A stretch of 64,000 bases of DNA from Blastocatellia bacterium (GCA_035275345.1 DATEMY010000594.1:7084-71083); one strand, 5' to 3'. Counted from the first letter of the stretch, positions 53,270 to 62,974 are shown. Made by a program: numbers and translations. Notes: generated from the letters alone by a model not told the origin.

Positions 53270-53971
53270 CTATCGTCTGGCTAATTTAACTAAAATCGCC
53301 CGCGCCGCTTCAGGAGTATCTACCGGCGCGTCAAAATCAATTCTCAATTTCCGGTTATCAGCCAGCATATCAAACCCTTCACTATCAATCCCTGTCATTG
53401 TTACATCATTGACCGTAGCGCTTTTCAATACCTTGCAATAATGGAATAACGCCTCCTTGTGATCCTGGTTCATATGATCAACGATACCACTCTCCGTTTC
53501 ATGGAAGGGGTTCTTGAGAAGCATCGCATCCGGTTCGATCCAGTAGATCTCTCCGAATCCGCCAATGAAGCGCGCTCTCCGCAAACGAATGCAATAGAGC
53601 GAGAAATCATGGGTCTCGAAGTAGGACTCGGCGGAGGGAAAATATCGTAAATAGCGGCGCCGGATTTTCGTATCCGATGGGTCGACTGATTCAGCGTCTC
53701 CGATCCAGGTCAGACGGCTGCTCGCCTGCGGATCATCCACGCACTGATCAAAAATCGTGAGCGACACTTTCTTGTTGCGCTTAATATTGCGAGTATGCTG
53801 GGCGATATCGCTGATGAGCATGGTCGGGGCGCCATCATAATTAAGGACATAAGGAGCGATTGAGCCGAATGGGTATCCCTCAACATCAACCGAGTGTGTG
53901 GAAAGTACGCCAACGCTTTGGCGCTTCAGCAGCATCCTTGCCGTTCTTGCCTGGTCTGACATGTTCGACAT
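53270..53971 (-). CDS. Pyridoxamine-5'-phosphate-oxidase-fold FMN/heme-binding protein with DUF2470-like C-terminal domain (HugZ-like)
   Basis: The N-terminal region is ARMLLKRQSVGVLSTHSVDVEGYPFGSIAPYVLNYDGAPTMLISDIAQHTRNIKRNKKVSLTI. The C-terminal region is IVDHMNQDHKEAL...MTGIDSEGFDM. Confidence 0.7.
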   Translation of the reverse strand: MSNMSDQARTARMLLKRQSVGVLSTHSVDVEGYPFGSIAPYVLNYDGAPTMLISDIAQHTRNIKRNKKVSLTIFDQCVDDPQASSRLTWIGDAESVDPSDTKIRRRYLRYFPSAESYFETHDFSLYCIRLRRARFIGGFGEIYWIEPDAMLLKNPFHETESGIVDHMNQDHKEALFHYCKVLKSATVNDVTMTGIDSEGFDMLADNRKLRIDFDAPVDTPEAARAILVKLARR

Positions 53972-54045
53972 TTTATCTTATTCTTTGGCGCGCGCCTCGC
54001 CAAAAGTCGATTCATCCGTATTTTGAACAAAGGCTCTCAATTTAA

Positions 54046-55557
54046 TCAAACCAATAGTTTGCGCACTACATTGCCGCTTACGTCGGTCAGGCGGAAGTCG
54101 CGTCCCTGGAAACGGTATGTCAGCCTGGCGTGATCCAATCCCATCAAATGCAGGATCGTCGCGTGAAGGTCATGAACCTCGACCGGGTCTTCAACCACGT
54201 TGTAGCCCAGTTCATCGGTCCGTCCGATGGTGACGCCGGGTTTGACCCCGCCGCCGGCCATCCACATCGTGAACGCGCGCGGATGATGGTCGCGGCCCAA
54301 AAAGCGCGATCCTTTGCGCTCCTCATTCATCGGTGTGCGCCCGAACTCGCCTCCCCAGATCACAAGGGTCGAATCGAGCAGGCCGCGATCCTTGAGGTCT
54401 TTGATCAACGCCGCCGCCGCGCGATCTGTCTCACGGCAAAGGTATGCGAGCGAACTGACGATATCGTTGCTGGGCACGTCCCCGTGCGTATCCCAACCGC
54501 GGTGGAAGAGCTGTACGAATCGCACGCCGCGCTCTACCAGACGGCGAGCCAGCAGGCAGTTGTTGGCGAACGAAACCTCGCCGGGCCTGGCGCCATACAT
54601 CTCGTGGACGAGGCTCGACTCCTTTGCGATGTCGGTCAGCTCGGGCACGCTGGTCTGCATTCGGTAAGCCATCTCGAACGCGGCGATGCGCGTCTCGATC
54701 TCCGGGTCGCCGACCTCCCCCAGATGCAATTGATTCAGGTCGCGCATTGTGTCGAGTGATTCTCGCCTCGCTTCGGCGCTCAGTCCTTCGGGGTTGTTCA
54801 GGTATAACACCGGCTCGCCCTTGGCGCGAAACTCCACGCCCTGGTAGACGGTCGGCAGAAATCCCGTCCCCCAACATGATTTGCCTCCGTCCGGGTTTCC
54901 TCGCCCCGAAAGCAGCACGACGAAGCCCGGCAGGTCGCGGTTCTCGCTTCCCAGGCCGTAAGTCAGCCACGATCCGACGCTGGGCCGCCCAATGATCTGG
55001 TGGCCCGTGTTGATGAAGATTTGCGCGGGGGCGTGATTGAATTGCGTGGTTTGAGCTGAACGGATGATGGCGATCTCGTCGGCGATGGAAGCAGTGTGCG
55101 GCAACAGCTCGGAGATTTCGGCCCCGCACTCTCCGTGACGCTTGAAGCTGTGCGGCGAGCCGAGCAGTCGCGGCGTCCCTTTGATGAAGGCGAACCGCTC
55201 GCCCCTGGTGAAGCTTTCGGGGATCGGCTGGCCGTTCAATTCTTCCAGCTTGGGCTTGTAATCGAACAGATCGAGTTGCGACGGCCCGCCCGCCATAAAA
55301 AGATAGATGATGTTCCGGGCCTTGGGCGCGAAGTGTGGAGGCTTCTGCTCCACCGGCGATATTGAATTGGCCGCCGATCCACCCGGTTTGGCTTGTTTGG
55401 CCGGTTCGGCCTGTTTGGCCTGTTTGGCCTGTTTGGCCTGCGCGAAGATATTCTGATCGAGCATCGATGACAGCGCCAGCGCGCCGATACCGAACCCCGT
55501 CTGTCGGAAGAAGTGGCGTCGCGTTATCTGCTTTAACGATTCGTTCTTTTCATTCAT
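54046..55557 (-). CDS. DUF1501 domain protein (sulfatase-like fold, Tat signal)
   Basis: The twin-arginine signal is [22 protein letters not shown]1501 hallmarks are [30 protein letters not shown] and GRDHHP. The gene is paired with an upstream DUF1553 gene, as is typical. Confidence 0.9.
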   Translation of the reverse strand: MNEKNESLKQITRRHFFRQTGFGIGALALSSMLDQNIFAQAKQAKQAKQAEPAKQAKPGGSAANSISPVEQKPPHFAPKARNIIYLFMAGGPSQLDLFDYKPKLEELNGQPIPESFTRGERFAFIKGTPRLLGSPHSFKRHGECGAEISELLPHTASIADEIAIIRSAQTTQFNHAPAQIFINTGHQIIGRPSVGSWLTYGLGSENRDLPGFVVLLSGRGNPDGGKSCWGTGFLPTVYQGVEFRAKGEPVLYLNNPEGLSAEARRESLDTMRDLNQLHLGEVGDPEIETRIAAFEMAYRMQTSVPELTDIAKESSLVHEMYGARPGEVSFANNCLLARRLVERGVRFVQLFHRGWDTHGDVPSNDIVSSLAYLCRETDRAAAALIKDLKDRGLLDSTLVIWGGEFGRTPMNEERKGSRFLGRDHHPRAFTMWMAGGGVKPGVTIGRTDELGYNVVEDPVEVHDLHATILHLMGLDHARLTYRFQGRDFRLTDVSGNVVRKLLV

Positions 55558-55575
55558 AAAATCTTCTCGCCCTCT

Positions 55576-58500
55576 CTACTCCTTCGTCAATGTCTCATCC
55601 AGGCTTAGCAGCGTATTGGAGACCACGGTCAAAGCCGCAAGCTCCGCGAGATTCGTCTTTTTGTCCGCGTCATTCGATAGCGTGCGCGCCGCCTCGACGT
55701 CTTTGGTGAACCGGGCGAGTTGGCGTTGATATAAGGCCTCAAGCGCCTCGATCTCCTTTTCATTGGGGCGGCGAGCCATGCAGAGTCGGAACCCGTATGT
55801 CAGCCGCTCGCGCAATCCAGGCCCGGCTTCGGCCAGGACGCGTTTGGCCAGTCCTCGGGCAAAATCGAAGAAGACCGGATCGTTGAGCGTTGTCAACGCC
55901 TGGAGCGGCGTGTTGGTACGGAGGCGTCGGACAGCGCAGAACTCGCGGCTCGGAGCGTCGAAGGACGTCATACTTGGCGGCGGGGTCGTGCGCCTGATCG
56001 CCGTGTAGACGCCGCGGCGGTAGCGATCTTCGGGTCTCCCGATCGGCGAGGGATTGACGCTCGGCCCGCCGACGGCTCGATTGAGCAGGCCGCTCGCCGC
56101 AAGCCCGATGTCTCGCACCATCTCGGCTTCCACACGGAAGCGAGGCCCCCGCGACAACAGCCGATTGTACGGGTCGCGCTCGCGGAGCGCCGGAGTGACT
56201 TTGGACGATTGGCGGTAGGTGGCCGAGGTCACGATCAATCGGAGCAGCGACTTCATGTTCCAGGGTCTGGGAGATATGGTACTAATGGGACTGATACGAC
56301 TTATGGGACGCTCTGTCTCGCTGTCTCCTCGTCCCCCTGTCTCTCCGTCTCTCCGTCTCTCCGTCTCTCCGTCTCTGAACCTGACCGCCAGCCAGTCAAG
56401 CAACTCCGGATGGCTGGGGCGCTCGCCCTGCGTTCCGAAGTCCTCGCTCGTCTCGACAAGACCGCGACCGAAGATTTGCTCCCAGAACCGGTTGACCGTC
56501 ACGCGGCTGCTGAGAGGGTTCTCTTCATCAACGAGCCAATAGGCCAGCCCGAGCCGGTTGGGCATGCGTTCCGCCGGTAGCGGCGGCAGAACGGCTGGAG
56601 TGTCGGCGTAGACCTTCTCACCGATGTTCGTGTAACTGCCGCGCGCCCGCAGGTAGGTCGAGGGACGCTCGAACGAAGCGCGCTCACGCATCACCAGCGC
56701 CTTTTCGATTCTGATCGCGTTGATCTCCACCTGCAGTTTGGCGAGCCGATCTCGCTCCGCCTCGAGTAGCGGCGTGGTCGCAAGGAATTCTTTTGTCAGA
56801 GCCGCTTTCTGCGCAGCGTTTCGCCGCGCGGGAGGAACGACGAGTATGGGACGCAACTCCGCCGGCAGTCCGGCGACGAAGGCCGGGACTTGCGCCGAGG
56901 TCACCGAGAGGCGGAAGCGCCCGATGCTCTGCCTGCGGCTGAACTCCGATCCGAATTTCAGCCTCACTTTGAGCAGCGTCTCGCCCTCCATCATCAGGGG
57001 TTTTTCAAGATTGAGGACGAGCTGATAACCGAGTCGCTCGTCACGTTTCAGCGCGTCCACTCCCCACCCGACCTCGTTCGTCTCGTCGAGCAGGTTGGCC
57101 GGGGCGAAGTAGGTTGGAGCGGAGGTCCCGCGGTAAGCGTCGAGATATTCGTCGGCATTGGCCTCCCTGAACTTCAGCTTGCGCGTCTCACTCGGCGAAC
57201 CGGCGGGCGAGACCTCGACCTCGAAGCGGTTGAGAATGAAGTTGCCGTATATGTCGCGCCCCGGCCCGCCGCGCGGCAATTTCTCGTGCGGCAGCGCTTC
57301 GAGCCTGACGCCGGTGACTCCTCGCAGATTGGCCTTGGCGACCACCGTATAGGTTTCCATACCGGGGTTTGCGCCAGTCGCCAGAATCGACCTGTCTTCC
57401 AGCTTCGTGAGCGTCGTCCCATTGTCAGCAGATATTTCCGAAGTATCGAGCGCGATCCAATCGGCCTGGGCTTCTGAGAACTTGCGCTCCCATTCTTCCA
57501 TCGCCGCTGCGAGCGCGGGCGTGACGGTCTTGAGACGTTCTTCGAGGCTTTTGATCTCGGCTTGCAGTCTGGCGCGCCTGGCGGCTTGCTCCGGCGCCGG
57601 CGTCTCGATCTCCGGCTCGACCACCCAGCCTTCGTTGCCCGGTTGCTGATAGATCGCGTATTCGTAGTTATCGAAGAACGCTAACAGCTTGTAATACTCC
57701 TTTTGCGTGAAGGGGTCGTATTTGTGGTTGTGGCACTGGGCGCAGCCGATGGTCGCGCCGAGCCAGACGGTTCCTGTCGTGTTCACGCGATCGATCAACG
57801 TCTCCCAGCGCGCTTCCTCGTCATCGACGCCGGCTTCCTGGTTGAGCATCGTGTTGCGGTGGAAGCCGGTGGCGATCTTCTGATCGATGGTCGCGTTCGG
57901 TAACATATCGCCAGCAATCTGCTCGACCGTGAATTGATCGAATGGCATGTCCTGATTGAGCGCGTTGATCACCCAATCGCGATATTTCCACATCATGCGC
58001 GGCGTGTCGCGCTCGTAGCCGTTGGAGTCGGCGTAGCGCGCCAGATCGAGCCAGGGACGCGCCCATCGCTCGCCGAAATGCGGGCTGGCCAGCAGACGGT
58101 CAACCAGCTTTTCATAGGCGTTCGGCGAAGAGTCGGCGAGGAATTGATCGACCTCCTTTGGGCTTGGCGGCAGCCCCGTGAGATCGAGATAGACACGGCG
58201 GATGAGTGTCTCCTTCGCGGCTTCGGGCGACGGCGCGAGTCCTTCCTTCTCAAGCCGCGCAAGGATGAAACGGTCAATCGGGTTGCGCGCCCAGGCGGCG
58301 TTCTTAACTACCGGCGGCTCCGAGCGAACAGGTTTGATATAAGCCCAATGCTTCTGAATCCTCCTCTCGCTCTCTCCCGCTCTCGCCCTCTCGCTCTCTC
58401 CCTCCGGCCATTCCGCCCCCTGATCGATCCACTTACGGATCATCTCGATCTGTTCGGGTCTGAGCGGAGCGCCGCCCATCGGCATTCGGGCCTCGCCGTC

Positions 58501-58821
58501 TTCGCCGAGAATACGGCGCAACAACAAACTCTTTCCGGCCTCGCCGGGGTTGATCACCGCGCCCGAGATCCCGCCTTCGAGCGCCGACTTCCTGTTGTCG
58601 AGCCGCAACTGGCCCCGCGCGATCTTAGACCCATGACATTTATAACAGGCCGCTTCGAATATGGGCCGAATGTCGCGCGCGAAATCGATGGTTTGACTGG
58701 CGGCGGAGCCACCGAAGAACGGCGCGGACGCCGCGCCCAAACAAAAGAGGCAGAGCAGTAACTTGCCTCTATTCTTCCACATTCTTACGGGACGCTTCAT
58801 AAGCCAACTTCTCAAAGTCAT
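55576..58821 (-). CDS. PSCyt1 (c-type haem CxxCH), DUF1549 (PSCyt2) and DUF1553 (PSD1) domain protein
   Basis: The protein has a signal peptide and the haem motif ACYKCHG. The DUF1549 region is [19 protein letters not shown]...[12 protein letters not shown]. The segment [19 protein letters not shown] follows. The DUF1553 tail is [12 protein letters not shown]. The true start may be MKRPVRMW at 58800. Confidence 0.9.
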   Translation of the reverse strand: MTLRSWLMKRPVRMWKNRGKLLLCLFCLGAASAPFFGGSAASQTIDFARDIRPIFEAACYKCHGSKIARGQLRLDNRKSALEGGISGAVINPGEAGKSLLLRRILGEDGEARMPMGGAPLRPEQIEMIRKWIDQGAEWPEGESERARAGESERRIQKHWAYIKPVRSEPPVVKNAAWARNPIDRFILARLEKEGLAPSPEAAKETLIRRVYLDLTGLPPSPKEVDQFLADSSPNAYEKLVDRLLASPHFGERWARPWLDLARYADSNGYERDTPRMMWKYRDWVINALNQDMPFDQFTVEQIAGDMLPNATIDQKIATGFHRNTMLNQEAGVDDEEARWETLIDRVNTTGTVWLGATIGCAQCHNHKYDPFTQKEYYKLLAFFDNYEYAIYQQPGNEGWVVEPEIETPAPEQAARRARLQAEIKSLEERLKTVTPALAAAMEEWERKFSEAQADWIALDTSEISADNGTTLTKLEDRSILATGANPGMETYTVVAKANLRGVTGVRLEALPHEKLPRGGPGRDIYGNFILNRFEVEVSPAGSPSETRKLKFREANADEYLDAYRGTSAPTYFAPANLLDETNEVGWGVDALKRDERLGYQLVLNLEKPLMMEGETLLKVRLKFGSEFSRRQSIGRFRLSVTSAQVPAFVAGLPAELRPILVVPPARRNAAQKAALTKEFLATTPLLEAERDRLAKLQVEINAIRIEKALVMRERASFERPSTYLRARGSYTNIGEKVYADTPAVLPPLPAERMPNRLGLAYWLVDEENPLSSRVTVNRFWEQIFGRGLVETSEDFGTQGERPSHPELLDWLAVRFRDGETERRRDGETGGRGDSETERPISRISPISTISPRPWNMKSLLRLIVTSATYRQSSKVTPALRERDPYNRLLSRGPRFRVEAEMVRDIGLAASGLLNRAVGGPSVNPSPIGRPEDRYRRGVYTAIRRTTPPPSMTSFDAPSREFCAVRRLRTNTPLQALTTLNDPVFFDFARGLAKRVLAEAGPGLRERLTYGFRLCMARRPNEKEIEALEALYQRQLARFTKDVEAARTLSNDADKKTNLAELAALTVVSNTLLSLDETLTKE

Positions 58822-59261
58822 TTTGTGTGGTTCATGTCAGTACGAATAGACAATGCTATCCGCCGTTGAATTTCTTCTATTCGAGTCGGATTCTTGAGAA
58901 TTAAATCCGGATTTCTGACGATGGACAGGCTGGATCTGAACTTCTCATTGACTAATGCCTCTTGCTCAACGCGCTCAATAAACTCTTCCGAGTTGCCATA
59001 GAGTAAGTCTTCCAGAGGACCCGCTCCGATGTAGCCAAGCGCATCGTCATCTGGAGCAGCGGCCACCAGTTCTTTGATGAACTCCCATTTCTGCTCCGCG
59101 TCTAACTCCCACTCCATTCTTATCGCCCATCTTCGGCGCTTAAGCCAGGCTTCCACCACGGTCACAGCGTTGACCTCTCGCCGCCCAACTTTGTATTTTC
59201 CTTTGTTGTTCATGCTTACTTCAAATCGCCATTTGCTCTCTTTGATCCTAAAAATCTCCAC
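58818..59261 (-). CDS. Hypothetical small protein (AT-rich gene; possibly DUF6869-like)
   Basis: The ORF is 147 aa with a GTG start; an alternative ATG (MNNKGKY) lies at 59213. Its stop overlaps the ATG of the downstream DUF1553 gene in an ATGA arrangement (58818-58821). A recognisable motif is LGYIGAGPLEDLL. The family assignment is from memory and weak. Confidence 0.5.
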   Translation of the reverse strand: MEIFRIKESKWRFEVSMNNKGKYKVGRREVNAVTVVEAWLKRRRWAIRMEWELDAEQKWEFIKELVAAAPDDDALGYIGAGPLEDLLYGNSEEFIERVEQEALVNEKFRSSLSIVRNPDLILKNPTRIEEIQRRIALSIRTDMNHTK

Positions 59262-59306
59262 TCATTCGTCGCTGCGGCGACTGGACGATCGAGCTGGCGC
59301 CCTTGG

Positions 59307-59332
59307 CGGCGTTGATGGCCTTTGAGAAATAA
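59307..59332 (-). promoter_or_regulatory. Conserved upstream motif, copy A (CGGCGTTGATGGCCTTTGAG-AAATAA on the plus strand)
   Basis: The core is 19/20 identical to 61730-61749. Both copies lie roughly 45-70 nt upstream of minus-strand start codons (59261 and 61681). Confidence 0.4.
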
Positions 59333-59353
59333 ATGCAACCAGGTGGGGGCAAC

Positions 59354-59665
59354 AGCCTATGGAGTGCGGATTCTTGGGATACTGCTGGCAAACTCTCTGA
59401 TTCCCTAGCGCCAGCGGCGCGTAATGTTTATAGAACACGTTACGCGATAGTTCTCCAAGCTCCGTAGGAGCGATATGTGCTGGATGTCGCTCCTACGGAG
59501 CTTGGGAGAATTGCCTGTCGGGTTCTATAAACATCGCGCTCCTACGGAGCTCGGGAGAATTGCCTGTCGGGTTCTATAAACATCGCGCTCCTACGGAGCT
59601 AAGAGCCTGGAGACTCATTTTCTGAGTTTGCCAGCAGTATCCCAAGAATCCGCACTCAATAGGCT
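59354..59665. repeat. 312-bp composite palindromic element: 42-nt terminal inverted repeats enclosing an inner hairpin and 49-bp tandem repeats
   Basis: The TIRs are 59354-59395 and 59624-59665, with 1 mismatch. The inner stem is TTCTCCAAGCTCCGTAGGAGCGA (59451-59473) with TCGCTCCTACGGAGCTTGGGAGAA (59487-59510) around a 13-nt loop. The 49-bp unit GCTCCTACGGAGCTYGGGAGAATTGCCTGTCGGGTTCTATAAACATCGC occupies 59489-59537, 59538-59586 and a partial copy to 59600. Confidence 0.9.
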
Positions 59666-59785
59666 TCGCCGTTCATGATCTGAATTGCGCATCTCCCAAT
59701 ACTGAGATTCCTGGCCGCGCTTTTTTCTCAAAGCCCATCAACTCCGGGGCAAGCTCAAACGCCGCAACGCGGCAATGGAAAATCT

Positions 59786-60733
59786 TCATTCGTCACTCAT
59801 TCCGCTCGCCAGGGCTCGAATGTATGCGGCGTTACACCCGCAACATCCGCCGACATAGCCGATGCCTTCGGTCTTCGCCATGCGACCGAAGTCAGAGAAC
59901 TCTTCCCTCGACACCTGGATGGTCTCCAACTCGTCCGGGAACTGGGGGAGACGCGTGAAGCACGGAGTCTCGTCCGTAGCTCGGAACGCCGCTGGCTGAG
60001 CCGCCAGCGGAACCTCGACCGCCGCGCGCATCTCGCGCAGCGCTATCAACATTCTCTTCGGCTCCTGCTCGCAGTTGGCCCCCACCACATGAGCGCCGGC
60101 CGTCGCCATCTCGCGGGCGCATTCGGCCGGAGAATGGCCGTCGCTCGATTGATCGCGCCTGGGGCGGAAGCTCATCGTGGCGATCAGCGGCAAACCGCTC
60201 GCGCGCGCGCATTCGAGCGCGATCAACATCTCCTCGAGGTGGAAGAAAGTCTCGAGTATCAGAAAGTCCACGCCGGCTTCGGTCAGCAAGCGTGTCTGCT
60301 CGGCCAGCAGCTCGCGCACGAAGTGGGCGACCCCGCGCCCTTCGCGCTCGAAGAGCTGCGTTCGCGAGATCGATCCCGCCACAAGCGCCTTGCCGTCCGC
60401 CGCCTCGCGCGCGACCCGCACCGCGTTCTGGTTGATCAGCTCGGTCTCGGCGCCGTAGCCGGCCCGCTTCAGCTTCTCGCGCGTGCCGAAGAATGTCAGC
60501 GCCTGCAATACCTGCGACCCGGCGCGTAGAAATTCGAGGTGCAGTTGGCGGAGAGCGTCAGGATGCTCTATCGCCACTTCGGGCGTGAATTGCCCACTGC
60601 CGCGCCCAGTCCCCACCTTCTCTCGCTTCGAGCCGCTGTCAACATAACCGCGCCGTTCGAGTTCAATCAGATAACCTCCATCTCCGAGCACGATCCCTCG
60701 CTCTTTGATCAAGGTCAGCACATCTGTCTGCAT
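59786..60733 (-). CDS. Homocysteine S-methyltransferase family protein (BHMT-like)
   Basis: The Hcy-binding domain reads GDGGYLIELERRGY, EHPDALRQLHLEFLRAGSQVLQALTF, VGANCEQEP, and the zinc-site motif VGGCCGCNAAYIRAL. Confidence 0.85.
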   Translation of the reverse strand: MQTDVLTLIKERGIVLGDGGYLIELERRGYVDSGSKREKVGTGRGSGQFTPEVAIEHPDALRQLHLEFLRAGSQVLQALTFFGTREKLKRAGYGAETELINQNAVRVAREAADGKALVAGSISRTQLFEREGRGVAHFVRELLAEQTRLLTEAGVDFLILETFFHLEEMLIALECARASGLPLIATMSFRPRRDQSSDGHSPAECAREMATAGAHVVGANCEQEPKRMLIALREMRAAVEVPLAAQPAAFRATDETPCFTRLPQFPDELETIQVSREEFSDFGRMAKTEGIGYVGGCCGCNAAYIRALASGMSDE

Positions 60734-61681
60734 TTATTCGCCTCCGAAAAAATATAGGGAATCCGGACGATCGCAGCGACGTAAAAAATTGATCGCCGCG
60801 CCGATCATGCCGTTTCCGGCCAGCGCGGCGCGATTTATTGGAAGGCCACGCCCGGCCTCCGCCCAGATGTGTTCGCGCGTCGAGCGAAGAAAACATTCCC
60901 AGTAGAACCCGCCGGCTCGTCCCAATCCTCCGCCGACTACAACTGCCTCCGGATCGAGCGTGTTGACCAGCAAGCCGGTCGTGGCGCCAAGCGCATGGCC
61001 GGCGCTCCGAACTATTTCGATCGCTCGCGCGTCGCCGCCTTGAGCGGCCTTGATGACCTCCTCCGCCCGCGAAACCTTCTCCGAAGAGTAAGGTTGATAG
61101 CGCTCGGCGAGCGCAGGTCCTGAGGCGTATTCCTCGAGAGCCACTCCGTTACTCGCGCCGCATTCCGCGCAGGTCGAAGTGAGCGGGCTGCTCGCGCATA
61201 TCAACGCGGCGCCGTGCGCGCCCGCATAAGGTCGTTTATGCGGCACGAGGCAACAACTGATGCCGGTGCCCACAGTGAGATAGAGAAAAATCTCGTAATC
61301 TTTCCCCGCCCCGTAAATCGCTTCGGCCAGCGCGGCGGCGCGCACGTCAGACTCAACCACTGTCGGCGCAATTCGTGAAAGGCGTTCAGCTATCGGCCAG
61401 CCGTCCCACTTGATCGTGTGTCCGCTCGTGACATTGCCTTGCAGATCGACCAGTTCGGCAACACAGAGGCCGATCCCCGCGACTTTCATTCCCGCCGCTT
61501 CAGCCCCATTTATCAGTTCGACCGAGAGCGCCTCGACATCGCGCAGCACAGCCTCTCCGCCCCGCTCGGGGCCGGTCGAGAGATGGCGAGGGAAGAACAA
61601 TTGGCCCGCCCCCGTCACGACGCCCGCGGCGATCTTGGTCCCGCCGACGTCAACGCCAAGAGCGCAGATGTTCTGGGCCAT
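60734..61681 (-). CDS. ROK-family protein (sugar kinase-like)
   Basis: The N-terminal ATPase motif is ALGVDVGGTKIAAGVV, followed by LTVGTGISCC and VVVGGGL. The usual CxCGxxGC zinc motif is only partly present (TCAECGASNG). The stop abuts the start of the next gene. Confidence 0.8.
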   Translation of the reverse strand: MAQNICALGVDVGGTKIAAGVVTGAGQLFFPRHLSTGPERGGEAVLRDVEALSVELINGAEAAGMKVAGIGLCVAELVDLQGNVTSGHTIKWDGWPIAERLSRIAPTVVESDVRAAALAEAIYGAGKDYEIFLYLTVGTGISCCLVPHKRPYAGAHGAALICASSPLTSTCAECGASNGVALEEYASGPALAERYQPYSSEKVSRAEEVIKAAQGGDARAIEIVRSAGHALGATTGLLVNTLDPEAVVVGGGLGRAGGFYWECFLRSTREHIWAEAGRGLPINRAALAGNGMIGAAINFLRRCDRPDSLYFFGGE

Positions 61682-61729
61682 GAGTCCTTGGTCCTTTATC
61701 GTTTCGCGAATCGGCTATTGAGCTTAGAT

Positions 61730-61756
61730 CGGCGTTTATGGCCTTTGAGTAAATAA
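61730..61756 (-). promoter_or_regulatory. Conserved upstream motif, copy B (CGGCGTTTATGGCCTTTGAG-TAAATAA on the plus strand)
   Basis: See copy A. This copy lies ~50-75 nt upstream of the ROK start (61681), in the 159-nt gap after the oxidoreductase gene. Confidence 0.4.
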
Positions 61757-61840
61757 CGCGACAAAGCTGCCTCGACGGAAGTCAGGCCATGGGAGAAAGC
61801 ATTGCCAATTGCGCACTACGCATTGCGCATTGATTTGCTA

Positions 61841-62974
61841 TTACTGCTCATCCGCCGGTCGAGTATGATCATGCAGCCGATGAAAATCGCGTCTGTGTTC
61901 TCCCAGGCTCAAATCCAGCTCGCGAAAGCGTGAGTTAATGGGCGCCCATCGCCCCTCTTTAGCTGACGCGGCGGCGGCCTCTATCACCTCGAGCAGGTGC
62001 AGGTCGTGCGTGATCTCGGCGAGCGGCTCTCTCCCCTCGAACAGCGCAGTGACTGCTTCAGTCAATCCGTCCGTCCACATCCAGGTCCCTTCCACCGGTT
62101 CGTACTCTTCCCAACGACCAGATTCGTTGCGCCAGATTTCAAAACCTCGCGGGTCCCAATCGTCGCCGAGCAGATTGGCGCTTCCCTCTGAGCCGTAAAT
62201 CTCCAGCGCGGGACGGCGGTAGCGTTGGATCGCGTGGCTCGAGACGACGCTCGAAAGCGCTCCTGACTCGTGTCGCAGAATGACGTGTGAGACGTCATGG
62301 CCGGGATCGGTTATTTCACGGTCGCCGGCGAATCGGGATTTGATCGCCGTATGCTCGGCCGCCAGGACTTCGACGGCCGGGCCCAGCAGCGCGGTGAGAC
62401 TCTTCAAGTTGTAGACGCCGACCTCCGCCAGCGGCCCGACCTTGCCTTGATGATACCAGGCGGCCCAGGTCGATCCCGCGTTGCCGTATAGTCCGCGAGC
62501 CGAGTGCGGGCGGCCGATCGCCCCGTTTCTGATTTGTTCCCAGAAGGCGCGAAATGTCGGCGCAAGATGAATGAACGGGGCTGCGATCAGAAACAGGCCG
62601 CGTTTATCCGCCAATTCCGCCAGCTCTTCTCCTTCAGCGCGAGTCGTCGCCAGCGGTTTCTCTACCAAAACACTCTTGCCGCTCTCCAGCGCCTGCCGGA
62701 CCAGCCCGGCGTGACTCTCCGGAGGCGTGATTATCAAGATCAGATCGACGTCGGACCGGATCGCTTCATCCGGCTCCGGCGCCAGCTGAATTCCGGGACG
62801 GCGGCTGCGCAATTCATCCCACCGTTCTCTACGCCTGGCGCAGACCGGACCGAGCGACGCTTGCCCTTTGGGGATCAGGCGGTCCAGCGCCCGCAAATAC
62901 GCCCACAGGACGTTGCCCGCTCCGATAATTCCGACTCGAACGGGACGATTTAGTGATCGCCTCATCGTGTTCAT
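61841..62974 (-). CDS. Gfo/Idh/MocA-family NAD(P)-dependent oxidoreductase
   Basis: The N-terminal Rossmann motif is VRVGIIGAGNV and the EKP motif is VLVEKPLATT. The C-terminal alpha/beta domain follows. Confidence 0.85.
   Translation of the reverse strand: MNTMRRSLNRPVRVGIIGAGNVLWAYLRALDRLIPKGQASLGPVCARRRERWDELRSRRPGIQLAPEPDEAIRSDVDLILIITPPESHAGLVRQALESGKSVLVEKPLATTRAEGEELAELADKRGLFLIAAPFIHLAPTFRAFWEQIRNGAIGRPHSARGLYGNAGSTWAAWYHQGKVGPLAEVGVYNLKSLTALLGPAVEVLAAEHTAIKSRFAGDREITDPGHDVSHVILRHESGALSSVVSSHAIQRYRRPALEIYGSEGSANLLGDDWDPRGFEIWRNESGRWEEYEPVEGTWMWTDGLTEAVTALFEGREPLAEITHDLHLLEVIEAAAASAKEGRWAPINSRFRELDLSLGEHRRDFHRLHDHTRPADEQ

Noticed and set aside
56300-56330. An RGD tripeptide (GGRGDSE) in the DUF1553 insertion as a possible integrin-type adhesion motif.
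   Set aside because: It arises inside a low-complexity Gly/Arg/Glu/Asp repeat where RGD is expected by chance. There is no supporting context.
59489-59600. CRISPR-like regular repeats (the ~25-nt TCGCGCTCCTACGGAGCTNGGGAGAA word recurring every 49 bp).
   Set aside because: The intervening 'spacers' are identical to each other, so this is a plain 49-bp tandem repeat. There are only 2.3 copies, embedded in a larger palindrome, and no cas genes are in the window.
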